DNA of 64,000 nucleotides from Fibrobacterales bacterium (GCA_051532055.1 JAOPTX010000015.1:60173-124172); one strand, 5' to 3'; numbered from the stretch's first letter, positions 19,818 to 30,379 are shown. Numbers and translations: made by a program. The notes: generated by a model from the letters alone, not told the origin.

Positions 19818-20944
19818 AAAGTGTTGCTATAGACCGGTTGCTCTTAGTTGCAGTTTTTGCACTTATTGGAATTGGTATCGTTATTATCTACAGTGCGAGT
19901 AGCCCATCGGCGCTCGAGGCAAAGAAAGAGGAGACTTACTTTGTGTTAAATCACTTGGTCAAACTCTTAGTAGGTGTAGCACTCTTCTTAGTGACCATTC
20001 AGATTGATTATGCAGTTTGGATGAAATATTCTCGTCTTTTATTTATTGTATCATTTGTGATGATGCTTGCACTGCTTGTGGGGCCGTGGGGAGTAAAAGT
20101 TCACGGAGCTACTCGTTGGCTTAACCTTGGTGGATTAAAATTTCAACCTTCTGAACTCATGAAAATTTCAATGATTTTTCTATTGGCTACAAAACTTTCA
20201 GAGTGCAAAGATCAAATTGAAGATTTAAAGATTGGCTTCCTTCGTCCCTTAATTATTGTTGGGGTTGTTTTTGGGCTTCTAATATTACAGCCAAACTATA
20301 GTACGGCACTTCTGGTGGTAGTAATTAGTACTGTTATGTTTTTTGTTGCTGGTGTACCCACAAAGCATATGCTTGCTGTTGGTGGTCCCGGCTTTCTTTT
20401 CGTCTCTATATTTGCATTCAGTAGTGAATATCGATTAAAGCGTGTTATGAGTTGGCTAGAACAAATATTTTCTCTTTTTGGGAGTAATACTCGAATTGAA
20501 GGGTCCTATCAGGTAACTCAGGCATTGACCAGTTTAGGGAGCGGTGGAATGTTTGGTGCAGGTCTTGGTGAAGGTACTCAAAAATTGGGTTATCTTCCAA
20601 TGCCATTCACTGATACAGTTTTTGCATCACTTGGTGAAGAGATGGGATTTATAGGCACCTTTTTGGTAATGGCACTTTTTGGAATTATTGCATGGCGTGG
20701 TATTTCGATTGCAAGTAAAGTTGAACCTTTATTTGGTCGCTTAGTTGTGGTTGGATTTACTGCTTCACTATTTATAAATGCCTTTTTTCATATAGGGGTA
20801 TGTACCAGTTTAATTCCCCCAACAGGACAACCATTGCCCTTAGTAGGATATGGTGGGACAAATCTTATATTGAACCTCTTTGCACTCGGTGTAATTCTTA
20901 ATATCTCGAAATCGAGTAATGAAGCGAGAGGTACGCAATTATGA
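19814..20944 (+). CDS. ftsW: SEDS peptidoglycan polymerase
   Basis: GA.RW, FQPSE..K, YQ..Q, G.FG.G, TD.VF..GEE and P.TG.PLPL..YGG motifs. Confidence 0.95.
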   Translation: MKSVAIDRLLLVAVFALIGIGIVIIYSASSPSALEAKKEETYFVLNHLVKLLVGVALFLVTIQIDYAVWMKYSRLLFIVSFVMMLALLVGPWGVKVHGATRWLNLGGLKFQPSELMKISMIFLLATKLSECKDQIEDLKIGFLRPLIIVGVVFGLLILQPNYSTALLVVVISTVMFFVAGVPTKHMLAVGGPGFLFVSIFAFSSEYRLKRVMSWLEQIFSLFGSNTRIEGSYQVTQALTSLGSGGMFGAGLGEGTQKLGYLPMPFTDTVFASLGEEMGFIGTFLVMALFGIIAWRGISIASKVEPLFGRLVVVGFTASLFINAFFHIGVCTSLIPPTGQPLPLVGYGGTNLILNLFALGVILNISKSSNEARGTQL

Positions 20945-22026
20945 GTATAGTAAAAAAAGCACTTTTTGCTTGTGGCGGTACAGGGGGACATGTTTTTCCT
21001 GCAATTGCTATTGCGGAAGTTATGAAAGATAGCTTTAGTGTTGTTATCTCATACGCGGGTAGAGCTGATAGTATGGAGTCACGGATACTAAAAGATGAAT
21101 CCTTTATTGCAATACAGGCTGTGCCATTAAAAAGGGGAAAGTTTTTTGAAAATCTTCTACTTCCTTATAGATTAGCTCGTTCAATAGTGAGCGGAATGAG
21201 TGCTGTCTCTCAAAGTGAGGCAGAAGTAGTTATTGGCACAGGAGGCTATGTATCTCTTCCTGTATTAATTGGAGCATGGCTTAAGGGTATTCCTGTATAC
21301 ATCCAAGAACAAAATAGTGTAGCGGGAGTTGCAAATAAAATTGCTGCGCGATTTGCAAAAATAATTTTTGTACCGAGTCAGTCGGTCTGTACGCAACTTG
21401 GGTTAGAAAAAACAGAAGTAACGGGTAATCCCATACGTGGATTTGACATGTCAATAGCTCCTGAACGACCAATAGAGTATCAGGGTGCTGATGAAAAGAA
21501 AATTGTATTGGTTCTTGGTGGGTCACAAGGTGCAAAAGGAATAAACGAAAAACTTTTTGAATCTCTCGATATCCTAGAAAACCAGGAAGAGTTCTTGGTT
21601 CTTTGGCAGGTTGGTACAGGTAATGTTATAGAGTACTCTAAAAAAACTGCACACTGTAAGAATGTAATTGTTACAGGATTTATTGAATCAGTACTCGCCT
21701 GTATGTATCATGCTGACCTGTTGGTAAGTAGGGCCGGAGCTTCAACACTTGCGGAAATATTAGTACTGAATAAACCTTCGATTTTAGTGCCTTTCCCTTT
21801 TGCAACAGCAAATCACCAGGAGCATAATGCACGTGAAGTGGAGAAAGAAGGTGCTGCTTTGGTTGAATTAGAATCAGATCCAAACACATTGGTTGCAAAA
21901 ATAGCAGAATTAATAGCAAGTGATGAGAAGCGTGCAGCTATGACAATAGCTACAAAGGTGTTGGCTAAGCCTTTAGCAGCGCAAACGATAGCAGAAAAAA
22001 TTATGGATATGGAGAGTAACCGATGA
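20941..22026 (+). CDS. murG: Lipid II synthase (GlcNAc transferase)
   Basis: GGTGGH, GGYVS, EQN, GNPIR, GGSQGA, RAGAST and HQ..NA motifs. Confidence 0.97.
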   Translation: MSIVKKALFACGGTGGHVFPAIAIAEVMKDSFSVVISYAGRADSMESRILKDESFIAIQAVPLKRGKFFENLLLPYRLARSIVSGMSAVSQSEAEVVIGTGGYVSLPVLIGAWLKGIPVYIQEQNSVAGVANKIAARFAKIIFVPSQSVCTQLGLEKTEVTGNPIRGFDMSIAPERPIEYQGADEKKIVLVLGGSQGAKGINEKLFESLDILENQEEFLVLWQVGTGNVIEYSKKTAHCKNVIVTGFIESVLACMYHADLLVSRAGASTLAEILVLNKPSILVPFPFATANHQEHNAREVEKEGAALVELESDPNTLVAKIAELIASDEKRAAMTIATKVLAKPLAAQTIAEKIMDMESNR

Positions 22027-23396
22027 TACCAAGTTCACGAATTAAAAAACTGCATTTTGTAGGGATTGGTGGTGCAGGTATGTCAGGTATTGCAGAAGTG
22101 CTCCACGAAAATGGTTTTAATATTACTGGCTCAGATATGAATACCGGACCAGTAATTGAGTATTTGAAAAATAAAGGAATGACCATTGCAATTGGACATT
22201 CGGTAGAAAATATTATTGATGCAGATATTGTGGTGCGGTCATCGGCGATATCTCATGATAATATTGAGATTGCGGCAGCTATAGAGCAAAATATACCCGT
22301 GATACGTAGAGCAGAAATGCTTGGTGAGCTTATGCGACTCAAATACACCTTAGCTGTTGCTGGAACCCATGGTAAGACTACTACAACCTCAATGGTCGGT
22401 GCGATTTGGAATGAAGCAAAGCTCGACCCGACTATAATTGTAGGAGGGGTTGTTAAAAGCCTTGGTACCGGTGCGCAATATGGTGCAGGTGATGCTCTCA
22501 TTGCTGAAGCCGATGAGTATGATAAGTCATTTTTACAAATGGTGCCATCAATGGCACTCATTACCAATGTTGATGAAGATCATCTCGACTGTTATGCTGA
22601 TATGGACGAGATCAAATCTGCATTTATTCAGTTTGCGAATAAAGTTCCCTTCTATGGCCAGGCAATTGTATGTATTGATGATCTTGGGATTCAAGAGATT
22701 ATACCTTCTATTGTAAAGCCAGTAGTGACTTATGGTTTTTCTAAACAAGCAGATTATAGAGTAGATTCAGTAGAACGTGATGGGTTTATAACTCACTTTT
22801 CTGTAGTGGCTTTTGGTGAAAATCTTGGGTCAATTGAGTTGCAGATACCAGGTTCTCATAATGTAAATAATGCAATGGGAGCTATAGCTCTTGCACACGA
22901 AGAGGGGATTCCATTCGAAGTTATTCAATCAGGCATCAAAAATTTTTCTGGTGTTAAACGCAGATTTGAACGCGTAGGTTCTGTTAATGGATGCCCAATT
23001 TATGACGATTATGCACATCATCCAACTGAAGTAGCTGCAACGCTTCGTGCAGCGAAAGAACATTTTTACGATAAACGAGTTGTTGTTGTGTTTCAGCCAC
23101 ACTTGTACAGTCGGACACTTGACCACTATGAAGCATTTGCTTCTGCCTTTGTTGATTCAGATACGGTGATTGTAACTGACATTTATGGTGCCCGAGAAAA
23201 ACCAATTGAAGGGGTGACATCACAATTGATTATTGGGGCGTGTAAAAAACTTGGTCACAAAGACGTACGAGCGCTTTCAGATTTTGAAGAAATTACCAAC
23301 ATATTAAAAAATGAACTAAACGGAACTGATGTTGTGTTAGTTATGGGTGCAGGAACCGTATGGAAAATAGGTGCACAGTTAGGGGCTGAGGGATAA
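22023..23396 (+). CDS. murC: UDP-MurNAc--L-alanine ligase
   Basis: GIGGAGMSG, GTHGKTTT, EADE.D, DDYAHHPTE and FQPH.YSRT motifs. Confidence 0.97.
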   Translation: MIPSSRIKKLHFVGIGGAGMSGIAEVLHENGFNITGSDMNTGPVIEYLKNKGMTIAIGHSVENIIDADIVVRSSAISHDNIEIAAAIEQNIPVIRRAEMLGELMRLKYTLAVAGTHGKTTTTSMVGAIWNEAKLDPTIIVGGVVKSLGTGAQYGAGDALIAEADEYDKSFLQMVPSMALITNVDEDHLDCYADMDEIKSAFIQFANKVPFYGQAIVCIDDLGIQEIIPSIVKPVVTYGFSKQADYRVDSVERDGFITHFSVVAFGENLGSIELQIPGSHNVNNAMGAIALAHEEGIPFEVIQSGIKNFSGVKRRFERVGSVNGCPIYDDYAHHPTEVAATLRAAKEHFYDKRVVVVFQPHLYSRTLDHYEAFASAFVDSDTVIVTDIYGAREKPIEGVTSQLIIGACKKLGHKDVRALSDFEEITNILKNELNGTDVVLVMGAGTVWKIGAQLGAEG

Positions 23397-23400
23397 CGCT

Positions 23401-24084
23401 ATGAAACGAATAGTAATATGGATATGTGTATTGGTAATCGTCTGTTTTGGTGCCTACAGTGCAGTTGATTCTGTGGCTGAAATAATTCCAGAATCTCCAG
23501 TTAAAGATTTAGTATTGAACACTGATGGTGTGCTCAAAAAGAGTACTGTAATGTCGATTCTTGGATTTGAATATGGTATGGAACTATCAGATAGTAGTAT
23601 CAGTGAAGCAACATTACGATTGAGTGCACTTCCTGAAATTAAAAACGTTGTTATTGAACAAGCCTCTTTTGGTACTATTGTCATCACTATTGAAGAGTTT
23701 ACTCCGCTTGCGTCGTTGTATGATGGAGAGTGGAAGTACCTTTTAGAAACAGGAGAGGTTGTTGGTGTTGATTCTTATCAAATCGGTGTACTTCCTATAA
23801 TTACACAAAAAGAACATTCAACAATAATGCTTCATATGTTGAAACAAATTAAAAGTGCGAACCGTTCATTGTATGATTCGCTTTCAGAGATAACATGGAA
23901 TGCAAAATTGTCGGCAGGGGTGCTTTTTGTTTTGGGAAAAAGTCAAAGAATTCTTGTTGGAAAAGATACAGATTACCGCACGTTGGCTCATAAGTATCGG
24001 TTGATTCAAGATGAGCAGTTAACAAGTGAACTTACAGAGAATATTATTGATATGCGTTTTGCAGACTTTGCATATCTGAGGTAG
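23401..24084 (+). CDS. ftsQ: FtsQ/DivIB
   Basis: TM, POTRA-like segment and C-terminal IDMRF; lies before ftsA. Confidence 0.8.
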   Translation: MKRIVIWICVLVIVCFGAYSAVDSVAEIIPESPVKDLVLNTDGVLKKSTVMSILGFEYGMELSDSSISEATLRLSALPEIKNVVIEQASFGTIVITIEEFTPLASLYDGEWKYLLETGEVVGVDSYQIGVLPIITQKEHSTIMLHMLKQIKSANRSLYDSLSEITWNAKLSAGVLFVLGKSQRILVGKDTDYRTLAHKYRLIQDEQLTSELTENIIDMRFADFAYLR

Positions 24085-24099
24085 GGAGAAAAGGTCGGG

Positions 24100-25344
24100 A
24101 TGAATTCAAAAATTATAGTTGGATTGGATATTGGATCTTCAAAGATTGGCGTTGTCATTGGTGAAATCGATGAGGAGAACAATCTCAATTTAGTTGGTAT
24201 TGGTACTAGTCCATCAGGTGGGCTCAACAAGGGGTGTGTTGTCAATATTGACAAGACAGTTGTATCAATTGAGAAGGCTGTTGAAGAAGCTAAACTCATG
24301 GCAGGTACAGAAAACATTAAAGATGTGTATGTGAGTCTTTCAGGGGATCATATACGTTCTATTGAAGGTCGAGGAATGACTGCGGTCATGCGACCTGACA
24401 ATGAAATTACAGCACAAGATGTTATTAATGTAATTGATCAGGCAAAAACGATATCGTTGCCCTCTGGTAAAGAGGTGCTCCACGCATTGCCCCAGGGGTT
24501 TGTCGTAGATGATGAAACTGCTGGAATTACAGATCCAATTGGAATGACAGGGGTGAAGCTTGAAGGGTATGTCCATGTGATTACCGGTGCTACTACGGCT
24601 AAACAAAATGTGTTAAAGGCTGTAACAAAGGCAGGTCTTAATATTATGGGCATTGTGGTAACACCGCTTGCGGCATCGTATTCTGTCTTAGAAGATGATG
24701 AAAAAGAGCTCGGTGTTGCAGTTATAGATGTAGGTGGTGGTACAACAGATGTCAGTATTTATCTAGATAATGCGATAAACCACACCTTTAGTATCGGTTT
24801 TGGGGGTAAGAATGTTACCTCCGATATTGCAATTGGAATTAGAACACCGGTCGAAAAGGCTGAAGAGATTAAGAAAAAATATGGGTCGTGTGGGACCTCT
24901 AATTTAGAAAATGATCGTTTTGTGGTAGTGCCTGGAGTAGGTGGTCGTCCACAACGCGAAATTCCACAATCTGTCGTTTCCTCAATTATTCGTGCACGGA
25001 TGCAAGAGATCTATATGATTGTTCTCAAAGAGATCAAACGCAAAGGGCTCCTTGATCGTCTTGGAGCGGGGATCGTACTGACTGGCGGCTGTTCAATAAC
25101 GAAAGGCGCCATGGAACTTGCTGAAGAAGTTTTTGGTGTGCCGGTTAAATTGGGTAAGCCAATTTCCTTTGGGGGATTGACAGATGTTGTCTCAAAACCT
25201 GAGAATGCAACGGGGGTAGGATTGGTCGTTTATGGCCAGCATCAGGCCCGTGGTATTGGGGGAGAGACGCGAGTGGGCATAGGAAATGAAAACCTTAAAA
25301 ACGTATTTAATCGCTTTATCAACTTTTTAAAGAATTATATTTAA
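24100..25344 (+). CDS. ftsA: Cell division protein FtsA
   Basis: GLDIGSSKI, IDVGGGTTD and VLTGG motifs; C-terminal amphipathic helix. Confidence 0.97.
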   Translation: MNSKIIVGLDIGSSKIGVVIGEIDEENNLNLVGIGTSPSGGLNKGCVVNIDKTVVSIEKAVEEAKLMAGTENIKDVYVSLSGDHIRSIEGRGMTAVMRPDNEITAQDVINVIDQAKTISLPSGKEVLHALPQGFVVDDETAGITDPIGMTGVKLEGYVHVITGATTAKQNVLKAVTKAGLNIMGIVVTPLAASYSVLEDDEKELGVAVIDVGGGTTDVSIYLDNAINHTFSIGFGGKNVTSDIAIGIRTPVEKAEEIKKKYGSCGTSNLENDRFVVVPGVGGRPQREIPQSVVSSIIRARMQEIYMIVLKEIKRKGLLDRLGAGIVLTGGCSITKGAMELAEEVFGVPVKLGKPISFGGLTDVVSKPENATGVGLVVYGQHQARGIGGETRVGIGNENLKNVFNRFINFLKNYI

Positions 25345-25366
25345 TTACAGAACCAGGGAGAGCAAA

Positions 25367-26956
25367 ATGGTTATAACACTAGATGAAACAAAAGAGAACC
25401 GAGCCAAGATCAAGGTCGTTGGTGTGGGTGGTGCCGGTGGTAATGCGCTCAATCGTATGATTGAAAGTGGATTGCATGGCGTCGAGTTTATTGCAATAAA
25501 TACAGATGCAATGGCACTTGAAAACAACCTCGCTGAAAAGAAGATCAGTATCGGTCAAAAATTGTGTAAAGGCCTCGGTGCTGGATCACGTCCTGACAAA
25601 GGCTATGAAGCTATTCAAGAAGACAGAAGGCTCGTAGAAGAAGCACTCTCTGGTGCTGATATGGTATTTATTGCCGGCGGTATGGGTGGTGGAACAGGAA
25701 CAGGTGCAGCACCAGTTGTTGCAGAAATTTCTCGAGAACTTGGCATACTTACTGTTGGTGTCGTAACTGAACCATTTAATTGGGAAGGCCCTGTTCGTAA
25801 ACGACATAGTAAAAAAGGGTTGGATAACCTTACTGCTAATGTCGATACAATTATTGCAATACAAAATCAAAAGATTTTTGATGTGATCCCAAAGAATACA
25901 ACAGTACTTGATGCTTATAAAACAGTTGATGGTGTACTTATGGATGCGGTGAAAGGGATCTCTGATATTATTTTAAACCATGGTTTTATGCAAGTTGACT
26001 TTGCTGATGTGCGTGAAATCATGAACAATGGTGGTGAAGCACTTATTGGAACTGGAATTGCAGAAGGTGAAGGGAAAGCACAACTTGCAGCTGAGCTTGC
26101 TATCCATTCTCCACTTCTCGAAAATATTTCAATCAGTGGTGCTGGTGGTATCTTAGTAAATATCACTGGTGGTGATGAATTAGCAATGCACGAAATTAAT
26201 GATGTAATGTCATATATTTATGAAAGTGTTGGTGATGACAACGAACCACACATTATTTTTGGTAATGTCATCGATAGCTCCATGGGTGAAAGAGTCGCAG
26301 TTACTGTAATTGCAACAGGTTTTTCAAATGGTAAAGTCACAGAAAATCCTCCTGTTGTTCAAGAGGTTATTGCGCCACAAGTTACTCCTGAACCTGAACT
26401 ACAAGTTATTGAGCCGGTACAAGAAGAGATAATGATTTCTCAAAATATCGAGCCTGTTATATCAAAAGAAGAGGTTGATGCACTTCAAGAAGTGCATACT
26501 GCTGAGGCGCCAATAGTTCCAGAGCTTGCTACTGAAGAACCTATTGATGTCTCTATTCCAAAAATGAATGCAGAATTTGAAGATTCATTTTTTGGAAAAG
26601 TATCAGATGATGAAAGACCAAGCTTTTTGAGAATGAATGAAGAGAGTAGTTCATTCGATGTGAGATCTCAAGAGGTTGAAGAGACTATTGTTACTGAATC
26701 ACAAGATATGTCTGACTATTGCAGTGAGCTTCAAAAAGACAGTGAACAAATAAGTCATGTTGTTCGTCCTACTCAGCGTATTCAAGAGCTTAATCGTGGA
26801 ATGGTTGATGATGGGGTTGACTACTCAAAGCCGGCGTTTCAACGTATTGGTGGACTGCAAGGCGTTGATAGCCAAATGAAGGAAAGTGAAGACCTTTACT
26901 CTCAAGAGAATAGTAAAGTAGATGAGCGCCCGGCGTTCCTTAGATTTCAAGATTAA
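25367..26956 (+). CDS. ftsZ: Cell division protein FtsZ with a long acidic linker (529 aa)
   Basis: GVGGAGGNA, GLGAG, GMGGGTGTG and VDFADV motifs; C-terminal PAFLR. Confidence 0.98.
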   Translation: MVITLDETKENRAKIKVVGVGGAGGNALNRMIESGLHGVEFIAINTDAMALENNLAEKKISIGQKLCKGLGAGSRPDKGYEAIQEDRRLVEEALSGADMVFIAGGMGGGTGTGAAPVVAEISRELGILTVGVVTEPFNWEGPVRKRHSKKGLDNLTANVDTIIAIQNQKIFDVIPKNTTVLDAYKTVDGVLMDAVKGISDIILNHGFMQVDFADVREIMNNGGEALIGTGIAEGEGKAQLAAELAIHSPLLENISISGAGGILVNITGGDELAMHEINDVMSYIYESVGDDNEPHIIFGNVIDSSMGERVAVTVIATGFSNGKVTENPPVVQEVIAPQVTPEPELQVIEPVQEEIMISQNIEPVISKEEVDALQEVHTAEAPIVPELATEEPIDVSIPKMNAEFEDSFFGKVSDDERPSFLRMNEESSSFDVRSQEVEETIVTESQDMSDYCSELQKDSEQISHVVRPTQRIQELNRGMVDDGVDYSKPAFQRIGGLQGVDSQMKESEDLYSQENSKVDERPAFLRFQD

Positions 26957-26973
26957 TATTCATTAATCGTGAC

Positions 26974-27011
26974 AAAAGCCAGGCTGCACTCTCCCGTAGC
27001 CTGGCTTTTTT
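26974..27011 (+). terminator. Intrinsic terminator of the dcw operon
   Basis: AAAAGCCAGGCT...AGCCTGGCTTTTTT. Confidence 0.85.
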
Positions 27012-27054
27012 GCTCTCAATTATATTCTAGCCTTTACACTGAACTTACTGCAGC

Positions 27055-28848
27055 TTAGTTAAGGATAATTATTTTACTGGGTTTGTTATGGAATGAATCT
27101 ATATAATAGTAATACCCTGAAGGGAGTTTGGCACCTGTTGTGCTCAATACCCTATTCCAAATGATTTCTGCATCGCCAGGCTGTTTAGTTAGAGTCTGTA
27201 CAACAACACCTTTTCGAGAGAATATAGTTATTGTCGTACCGGTGGGTATGTTTTCACAGGGGAACGTAATCTTAGTATGGAGGAAATTATGATAATTATA
27301 TGGATTTGGATAGGGAGGATAAATCTTGGGTGGTAATGCTGGTGGGTCGGTGAGGGTTATCTCCTCTTCGGAAAGAGTGATTTGTATGACGCCTTTATTT
27401 TGAGTCGATGAGGTACCACTTGATTTATAACTTATAGTTAAAAATGATGGGTTGGTGAGAGAATCGCCAATGAGTTTAATAGTAGGGCCTGCGAGCAGTG
27501 TTACTATAGCAGTATCTAAGAGGGTATCTATCTCAACGAGCGAAATTGATACTGTTGGTAAAGAGGTGACAAAAAGTGAATCACCTGGTTTTATACTCTC
27601 TAAATTGAAGGTTTTAGCAGTGAGTGATTTAGAAAGAATAATAGAATCAAGGTTTGTTGTTGTGAGAACTGTAGGGGAAAGCATAGGAAAATGACTCATG
27701 TCTGGATTAAAAGGGGCGGGGTCACTTGAACTACGGAGACCAGTAAAGAGAAGTCGAGCAGAGTAGTCATTGTAAACTGCATTAAAGCTTGTATTATGGT
27801 GTGTCGTTAATACATATTCAAAGGTTTCGTCGATTGGCGTGCCTGGATTCGCCGCTCGGTGATCCCAAATTTGTTTTTCAATATCATTAGTGAATCGATT
27901 CAAGAGATAGTGCAAAAAGAGCCCTTGACCATATTCATGTTTTCGATTTGTAGTGAGAATACTTGAGTCAGGACTATCAAATAGGCTGCTTGTGTATTGC
28001 CAGTAGTCATTTATTTCAGGTGAAAGAATCTCTTCCATACCAGTTGCAGACGCTTCAAACCAAAAATGAAGGGTTTCAAAGTTTTTCTCATAATTAAATT
28101 GAAATGCATGATACAGCTCATGGACAACAGTTACATCAAAAGCTTTTTCTTTTTCAGTTGCGTAACTGACTGTCGTACCATTACTTATTGATAGAATGGG
28201 ATTATTAGTGCTTTCGTAGTAGGAACAGACCCCTTGTGGTGAATTATACAGTGTTTCAGCGGTGTTTACACGCGTATAAAAATAATCATTTTCAACAAAC
28301 ATATGGGTATAATTGAAATCCTCTCTATTAGGGACGACAAACCCATAAATTGCTGCAAATTGTATACTGTCTTCTAAATCAGTTCTTTTGTCAGAGCGCA
28401 GGTGATGAATGTCAACAATTTCAATAGTGTATTTCCCAGGGATTGCAGGCTTATCGTATTGATATGATGTAGGGTATGCTTTTGATATTAAGAGGTTGAG
28501 TGAGTCAGTGTAAAATCTATATGCTTGTTCGAGTTTGACACCCATAGTGTCGAGGTATTTTTCGTATGTATTGTCAGTTGATCCGGCAATTTTATGTATA
28601 CCGGTACGCGTATAATACAGCACAAAATGTTCCGTTTCAAATGAGTAAACCGAATCGTTAAAATCAATATGCGTACAGAGTCTCTGTGTACGTGAAACTT
28701 TGGTGCTCATATTTGCGACACTCATAGAGAAGCTTGTCGGAGAATCATGATAATGGGATGAGTCATAAAAATAACTCGATGCACACTTCCCTTGTGCTGA
28801 GATGTAGGAAGAGAAAATAGTAATAAGAATAATAAGGTATTTAATCAT
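27055..28848 (-). CDS. Secreted HEXXH zinc metallopeptidase-like protein with a T9SS/FlgD-like C-terminal domain
   Basis: Signal peptide from ATG 28848; VHELYHAFQ followed by WFEASA; C-terminal PYPNP...IFS..G..V...W...LPSGYY.Y...KIIIL. Confidence 0.75.
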   Translation of the reverse strand: MIKYLIILITIFSSYISAQGKCASSYFYDSSHYHDSPTSFSMSVANMSTKVSRTQRLCTHIDFNDSVYSFETEHFVLYYTRTGIHKIAGSTDNTYEKYLDTMGVKLEQAYRFYTDSLNLLISKAYPTSYQYDKPAIPGKYTIEIVDIHHLRSDKRTDLEDSIQFAAIYGFVVPNREDFNYTHMFVENDYFYTRVNTAETLYNSPQGVCSYYESTNNPILSISNGTTVSYATEKEKAFDVTVVHELYHAFQFNYEKNFETLHFWFEASATGMEEILSPEINDYWQYTSSLFDSPDSSILTTNRKHEYGQGLFLHYLLNRFTNDIEKQIWDHRAANPGTPIDETFEYVLTTHHNTSFNAVYNDYSARLLFTGLRSSSDPAPFNPDMSHFPMLSPTVLTTTNLDSIILSKSLTAKTFNLESIKPGDSLFVTSLPTVSISLVEIDTLLDTAIVTLLAGPTIKLIGDSLTNPSFLTISYKSSGTSSTQNKGVIQITLSEEEITLTDPPALPPKIYPPYPNPYNYHNFLHTKITFPCENIPTGTTITIFSRKGVVVQTLTKQPGDAEIIWNRVLSTTGAKLPSGYYYYIDSFHNKPSKIIILN

Positions 28849-28897
28849 AGTGTGTAATATATTCAAAAAAGAAGGCATACCTAAACTTATAATATTC

Positions 28898-29863
28898 TCA
28901 AATAAATATGTGCAACTCTGGGTAGCGTTGTTTGAGGTTGGCAATTTTTTGTTGCATAGACTCTTGAAACCGTGTAAATGCGAGGCTTTTAGGGTTTCGA
29001 GGTTTGTGACTCACGCTTTTAAGAAGGGCAGTTACTTCACGGAAATAATTACCACTATGAGAATTAAAATAGGCCTCAATGAATCGATCTAAAATAATGG
29101 AAATAGCTAGTTCATTGGGATGTGTTAATGAAGCATCATAAAAACGATAATCACGTAGTTCATCCATCATAATTTCAAAAGAGGGAAAGTAACTTGATTG
29201 TTGGTTAAATGTATTTGTAAGGTTGTGGCAGATATGTCGGAGGGTTGCCTTGCTCAGGGAGTTTTCGCTAGGTTTATCTCGTAGGTGTCGCACTGGGCTC
29301 ACTGTGAATACAATATGAATATCGAGATTACGTGCGAGTAGTTGGGAGAGAGCTGACGTGAGCGCAGAAGTTCCTTCATCAATAGTTATCAGTCTGCGTT
29401 CAAAAAGAGAGTTGTTGAGTTTGTGACAGTTATTGGTAATGATGCCCTTGAAAAAATATCCAAAGGCGGTGCCAAGGCTAATAATGAGCAACTTTGAGTT
29501 TAATAATTGTGTGTTAAAATTAAAGAGCGAACTGTTCATAGCATTACAGCTGCCTTCTGCACTGGGATGTGAATAGTCGCCATGAAAATCAAAATGTGAC
29601 CATAATTCATTATGATAAAATAGGTTATTGGGTTCGATCGGAGTTTGGTCAAGGGTGAGCTGTAAGGATTGAGCAATAGAGAGTGGATTGTATGTTATTC
29701 CCGTAGGGTTGCCTAAAACTGGCCAAAATTGTGTTTTTAGATCGTTTGTTAGGTGCTCAGCAAAGCAAGAGCCCATGGAGGATATTTGGTCTCCTGGGCT
29801 AAGAAGAACCAAATTGCCCGGTTTTTTTACCGAAACAGGTGTTGTGAGTTTAGGTTGTGTCAT
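28898..29863 (-). CDS. GSCFA family protein
   Basis: MGSCFAEH, NCHK, TVSPVRH, SK..LR, YFPSFEIMMDELRDYRFY and HP motifs. Probable start 29863. Confidence 0.9.
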   Translation of the reverse strand: MTQPKLTTPVSVKKPGNLVLLSPGDQISSMGSCFAEHLTNDLKTQFWPVLGNPTGITYNPLSIAQSLQLTLDQTPIEPNNLFYHNELWSHFDFHGDYSHPSAEGSCNAMNSSLFNFNTQLLNSKLLIISLGTAFGYFFKGIITNNCHKLNNSLFERRLITIDEGTSALTSALSQLLARNLDIHIVFTVSPVRHLRDKPSENSLSKATLRHICHNLTNTFNQQSSYFPSFEIMMDELRDYRFYDASLTHPNELAISIILDRFIEAYFNSHSGNYFREVTALLKSVSHKPRNPKSLAFTRFQESMQQKIANLKQRYPELHIFI

Positions 29864-29977
29864 AATTGTAGTATATAATACAATTTTAATGTAAACGAGC
29901 AAAATTAACTTTCTTTAATGGGTAATTTTGTAAATTTTCAAAAAACCAATAAATACCTAAGTAGAAGAAGGAAGTGT

Positions 29978-30298
29978 ATGTCAGAAGTTAAAAATATTAC
30001 TGAAGCTGATTTCGAAGACGCAATTGCTGCCAATAAACCTGTTGTTGTAGACTTTTGGGCAACTTGGTGTGGACCATGTAGAATGATCGGGCCAGTACTT
30101 GATGAGCTTGCAGCAGATTATGGTGATACAGTATCAATTGTTAAAGTTAATGTAGATGAGGAGCCTGGATTGGCACAAAAATTTGGCATCACTTCGATTC
30201 CAAATATTAAAGTGTTTAAAAACAGTGCAGAGATTGAGAACATTGTTGGCGCAGCCCCAAAAGCAAGCCTCAAAGCATCAATCGATAAACATCTGTAA
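29978..30298 (+). CDS. trxA: Thioredoxin
   Basis: VDFWATWCGPC and SIP motifs; ATG 29978 follows a GAAGGA RBS. Confidence 0.96.
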   Translation: MSEVKNITEADFEDAIAANKPVVVDFWATWCGPCRMIGPVLDELAADYGDTVSIVKVNVDEEPGLAQKFGITSIPNIKVFKNSAEIENIVGAAPKASLKASIDKHL

Positions 30299-30336
30299 TC
30301 ATTAGTATTGATTACTCGATCTGTTTAAAAGAGCGT

Positions 30337-30372
30337 ATAAAAAAGCTGCACAATATGTGCAGCTTTTTTTAT
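30337..30372. terminator. Bidirectional intrinsic terminator
   Basis: AAAAAAGCTGCACA-ata-TGTGCAGCTTTTTTT between convergent genes. Confidence 0.9.
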
Positions 30373-30379
30373 GAATATT

